Source: Pseudomonadales bacterium
GTDB lineage: Bacteria > Pseudomonadota > Gammaproteobacteria > Pseudomonadales > CAWVSB01
Direction: 5' to 3'
Assembly: GCA_046710535.1 (NCBI GenBank)
Contig: JBKEHH010000003.1
Span: forward strand, 187,969 to 251,968
Length of the DNA: 64,000 nucleotides
The first letter of the stretch is position 1. The number at the start of each line of letters is the position of its first letter. The notes under the pieces were generated by a model. The model was not told the DNA's origin. It did no database searches and was given only the letters and a program-made list of their open reading frames with translations. Both the position numbers and the translations under genes were made by a program. This document shows, one piece after another, positions 60,620 through 64,000 of this stretch.

Positions 60620-60771
60620 AATCTGCTCAGTAAATAAATTCGATAACGGTCGATAGGTTTTAGTGGCTTTCAATAAAAATAGCGCTATTTGCTAAGTCTG
60701 CCATGTTAAACAACTTAACTCTTCCCCACCAGATGCTATGCTAGTGTTTTTCAGCCAAACAGAGAATATTC

Positions 60772-61446
60772 ATGACTCAAGACGAACTTAAGCAAGCAGT
60801 GGCTCTAGCTGCCTTGGAATACATAAAACCGCACCTTGAGTCAGATATGATTATTGGCATTGGCACTGGCTCAACTGCTAATATGTTTATCGACCAACTG
60901 GCCACGGTAAAAACTCAATTTGAAGGCACCGTTGCTAGCTCAGAAGCGTCTGCCCAACGGCTACGTAATCACGGCATCGCCGTATATGATTTAAACGCTG
61001 TCGACGGCATTGATTTTTACATTGACGGCGCCGATGAAGCAGATCATCAGCTTAATTTAATCAAAGGTGGCGGCGCTGCACTTACTCGCGAAAAAATTGT
61101 CGCCGCCGTTGCAGAAAAATTTATCTGCATTGCCGATGACAGCAAACTGGTTAGCGTTTTAGGTAAATTTCCGCTACCCGTTGAAGTAATCCCTATGGCG
61201 CGCAGCCATGTTGGCCGCGAAATCGTCAAGCTGGGCGGCGACCCAGTTTATAGAAAAGGCGTTATAACCGACAACGGCAATATTATTATTGATATCCATG
61301 ACCTTGCCATCGCTACGCCCTTCGAGACTGAGTATGCCATTAACAACATTGTTGGCGTTGTCACCAATGGCTTATTTGCCGCCCGCTCAGCCGATGTATT
61401 TTTAATGGGCACCCAAGACGGTGTTAAAGAGCTAACCGCTAGTTAA
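60772..61446 (+). CDS. rpiA: Ribose-5-phosphate isomerase A
   Basis: 'GIGTGST', 'DGADE', '[15 protein letters not shown]', 'FPLPVEV'. Confidence 0.97.
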   Translation: MTQDELKQAVALAALEYIKPHLESDMIIGIGTGSTANMFIDQLATVKTQFEGTVASSEASAQRLRNHGIAVYDLNAVDGIDFYIDGADEADHQLNLIKGGGAALTREKIVAAVAEKFICIADDSKLVSVLGKFPLPVEVIPMARSHVGREIVKLGGDPVYRKGVITDNGNIIIDIHDLAIATPFETEYAINNIVGVVTNGLFAARSADVFLMGTQDGVKELTAS

Positions 61447-61575
61447 CACCCACCAAGATGGCAACTAGCTCACAGTTATACTAAAAACATTTTAGCAAAC
61501 CATTGCGGTTTATACGCATTGTTAGTATCGACTGGCGGACTTAGCATTTGTATTAATCCCAACGAAAGCCGCGCC

Positions 61576-62040
61576 ATGATCAAGCTAGTCTCAACAATCG
61601 CAACAACGTTCGCTATTAGCCTAGCACTGGTCAGCTGCCAGCCCGAGCAAACGGTACAATCTTTAACTAAGAAAACACTAAGCGCAGCCTGTAATACCCA
61701 GTGGACGCTAAGCGCGTTAAATACTCCTGCTGGCACTTATTCGCTCACCGAATCAAATCGCCCAACATTTACCTGTGAATCCGACGGACGTATTAGCGGC
61801 AACGCTGGCGTGAATAGGTATTTTGGTACCTTTGTGATGATGAACAATGGCGCCATTGAATGGCCAAGTTCGCATATGGCCAGCACTATGATGACTGGGC
61901 CAGGAAAATTAATGCAACAAGAGAGAACCTATTTAACGGCGCTTACCAAGACCAATCACATCGCCTCACTCGACAATAAACTGGTTTTATCTAACAAAGA
62001 CCGCGCTATTTCAATCAGCTTTACTCATCTACAAAAATAG
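61576..62040 (+). CDS. META (HslJ-like) domain lipoprotein
   Basis: LVSC lipobox, 'WTL', 'ISGNAGVNRYFG', 'ASTMM', 'QERTYL'. Confidence 0.85.
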   Translation: MIKLVSTIATTFAISLALVSCQPEQTVQSLTKKTLSAACNTQWTLSALNTPAGTYSLTESNRPTFTCESDGRISGNAGVNRYFGTFVMMNNGAIEWPSSHMASTMMTGPGKLMQQERTYLTALTKTNHIASLDNKLVLSNKDRAISISFTHLQK

Positions 62041-62061
62041 TAATACTGCTGTTACCGGCAT

Positions 62062-62090
62062 AAAAAAAGGCCGTCAAAGCAGCCTTTAAA
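62062..62090. terminator. Probable terminator between convergent genes
   Basis: A7-GGC...GCCTTT hairpin, U-tract on minus strand after cytochrome c5 gene. Confidence 0.55.
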
Positions 62091-62103
62091 AATCCCGCCG
62101 TGT

Positions 62104-62520
62104 TTAACTAGCCTTCTCAATCATATAATCAACAACCGATTTAACTTCATTGTCTGAACAGCTCATACAACCACCCTTCGCAGACATAGCGCCAATGCCG
62201 TTAATCGCATGGCCATATAAAATTTCAGCACCTTGGGTAATACGCGACGACCAGGCCGAAGCATCACCTAAAATGGGGGCACCAGCTGCGCCAGTCATAT
62301 GACAAGCCATACAGGCTGCGTTATAAACTTCTTCAGCGCCACGGTCGCTAGCGCCACCAGCAACAGCAACAGTCGCTACCGCACATTCTCCGCCTTCAAC
62401 ACACACTGTTCCAGGAGAAGACAGGCGAGCATCAATTTTATCGTCAACAATGCCGGCAATTGAAGTGGCCCCTAAAGACATGGCGCCAATGGCTACAAAA
62501 GCTAAAATAGTTTTCATCAT
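62104..62520 (-). CDS. Cytochrome c5
   Basis: Signal peptide, 'CMACH', 'GAAGAP', 'MSAKGGCMSCSD'. Confidence 0.92.
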   Translation of the reverse strand: MMKTILAFVAIGAMSLGATSIAGIVDDKIDARLSSPGTVCVEGGECAVATVAVAGGASDRGAEEVYNAACMACHMTGAAGAPILGDASAWSSRITQGAEILYGHAINGIGAMSAKGGCMSCSDNEVKSVVDYMIEKAS

Positions 62521-62637
62521 AACAATCTCTTTTCTATCAATGCAGTTACGGGGTAGCCGTAAACTGTTAGCTAATTATAGCGATATTTAAAGTTAGGGGA
62601 AACAAATAAGCTTGGTCAGAAAGACTTTATACAGAGT

Positions 62638-63413
62638 TTACTGATCCAGATACTCAAACTGAACGTCAGTATCTTCAACAGCAGGTAAAAGTTCTTGCTC
62701 GCCAGTGTCTACTGCCGCCTCCTCATCAACTGATTCAAAGGCCATCTCTTCAGCCTCAGATGGCTTTGCTATTATCTCAGCCATCGACTCTTCAGTCATT
62801 TCGCTAATGGCTGGCTCATCATCCATAAAGTTTCAAACGCGTTATTAGGCACCACGCGGTTATAAACATTCATCGTAAATAACGGCATTGCTAAGGCAAA
62901 CAAGTTGATCAAAAAGGCCGCCAGCAACACATCACGATAAAGCGGCAGATTTTCTTTTAGCGCGCCCCAAAACCAATGCCCGGTTTTCTCATAGCGAATT
63001 TCTGGCGCTCTGGCATCAAAATTAAACCGAGGACGAGTCAAAATAGCCACGCCACTATAGCGGTCATAAACCTCCATCGCTGGAACTTCAATTTCCACTT
63101 CACTCAAATCGGGGTAAATAATTTTCGCCAGCTCATTATCAGCCGACCAGCCCATTAGCAAACAGGCCTGATCATCTTCCATTAATAATACAGCAGGGAG
63201 CAACGCGTTATGCAAAGACTCCAATGGCTTACGGATCATTTTACTGACCATATTGGCGCGTTTTGCCGCCCGCTCAAACAGCGAAGGTGTCAGCCTGCCC
63301 TCAAACGGCAGACCCGCCACTAAAGCCTCTCGAGTAGTCGAATTACCATGGTGACGACACACCGATAACAAACACTCAAGCAGCAAATCAGTTTCTGAAA
63401 TCTCAATAGCCAT
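62638..63413 (-). pseudogene. Truncated type I secretion ABC transporter (LapB/HlyB-like) joined to an orphan acidic C-terminal fragment of another gene
   Basis: C39-like N-terminus ('LVAGLP', 'LPAVLL') and first TM 'INLFALAMPLFTMNVYNRVVPNNAFETLW', then stops at 62796 with no NBD; a different frame gives a 62-aa acidic tail to 62638. Confidence 0.8.
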
Positions 63414-63723
63414 TAAGCTCCATCTCAATTGGTTTTTATTATGCAAAATACAAGTGTTATTTATATCATAGACAGGCCAATAACACAGCATTACAGATTT
63501 AAGAAACCACACTAAGTTACTGATAGCAAAACAAATTTGAACGAGGTCGCAGGCGTGCACTAACAATATTTCGACTGATAAAATTATGCTTCGCAATTAT
63601 CTCAAACAGTCACGATAAAAAACACTCGAAGTTCAGTCGGCTAGAGCGGCTGCCTCACCAGGAGGTCATGGTAAAATCTAGGGCTGAAAGCAACGGTCAT
63701 AGAATGCTAATCTTGCTTACTAC

Positions 63724-63798
63724 GCACCCTTAGCTCAGCTGGATAGAGCGTCGCCCTCCGGAGGCGAAGGCCAGAGGTTCGAACTCTAGGGTGCACCA
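63724..63798 (+). tRNA. tRNA-Arg(CCG), T arm 2 nt short of canonical
   Basis: Acceptor GCACCCT/AGGGTGC, D arm GCTC/GAGC, anticodon stem TCGCC/GGCGA with loop CTCCGGA, encoded CCA; T arm reads AGAGGTTCGAACTCT. Confidence 0.9.
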
Positions 63799-64000
63799 TT
63801 TTACTGAAATCGAACTTAACCTCAACACCCTTTTTGGCGACAGAAATTAGCCTGATTCCTATCTACGATACGTAGCACTCAGAGAGCTTCATCACTTTCT
63901 TAAAGCTGAGCCCTACCCTACAATCGCGGTTCGTAAAAACAAGAACCAACAAGCTGTTAATGATTTAAATATTGGACTCGCCGCCACTATAGATTACCTT

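Noticed and set aside
2083-63158. The many 60-140 aa ORFs antisense to or nested in real genes (e.g. 6019-6378, 13874-14290, 39951-40361, 41673-42083, 44001-44309, 58341-58580)
   Set aside because: They are shadow frames of well-supported genes or of 6S RNA, with no recognisable motifs.
1-64000. CRISPR array, IS element, integrase or prophage
   Set aside because: No regularly spaced repeats, terminal inverted repeats, or transposase/integrase/phage motifs were seen.

Overview
A 64-kb chromosomal window from a gammaproteobacterium, most likely marine (Pseudomonadales/Cellvibrionales-like gene order; inferred from gene content). Most of it is housekeeping backbone: tolC-waaA, FAD oxidoreductase/aldo-keto reductase-hldE, waaP-waaG-waaF-ilvE-glnE, pit, argE/argA, a six-gene TonB2/TtpC-type operon, rppH-ptsP-lgt-thyA-folA, pepP-ubiH-ubiI, zapA-6S RNA-fau, ilvA/rpiA and tRNA-Arg(CCG). 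Two accessory blocks interrupt the LPS-core neighbourhood. The most interesting (21054-24722) is a four-gene cassette (GT4 glycosyltransferase, two different SAM methyltransferases, an (alpha/alpha)6-barrel 'prenyltransferase-like' protein). Its composition and motifs match, from my recollection, the mycobacterial 3-O-methylmannose polysaccharide (MMP) cluster (ManT, putative 3-O-methyltransferase, MmpH, MeT1), here in an LPS-bearing proteobacterium. The window also shows several gene lesions: an MscS remnant missed by the ORF track, a SorT-SorU-like sulfite dehydrogenase/cytochrome c fusion with an apparent 10-bp deletion, a SulP gene with an in-frame TGA, a T1SS ABC transporter truncated by a large deletion, and a tRNA-Arg missing 2 nt in the T arm. 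No transposase, integrase, prophage or CRISPR array was seen. All family assignments come from motif recognition by eye, not database searches.
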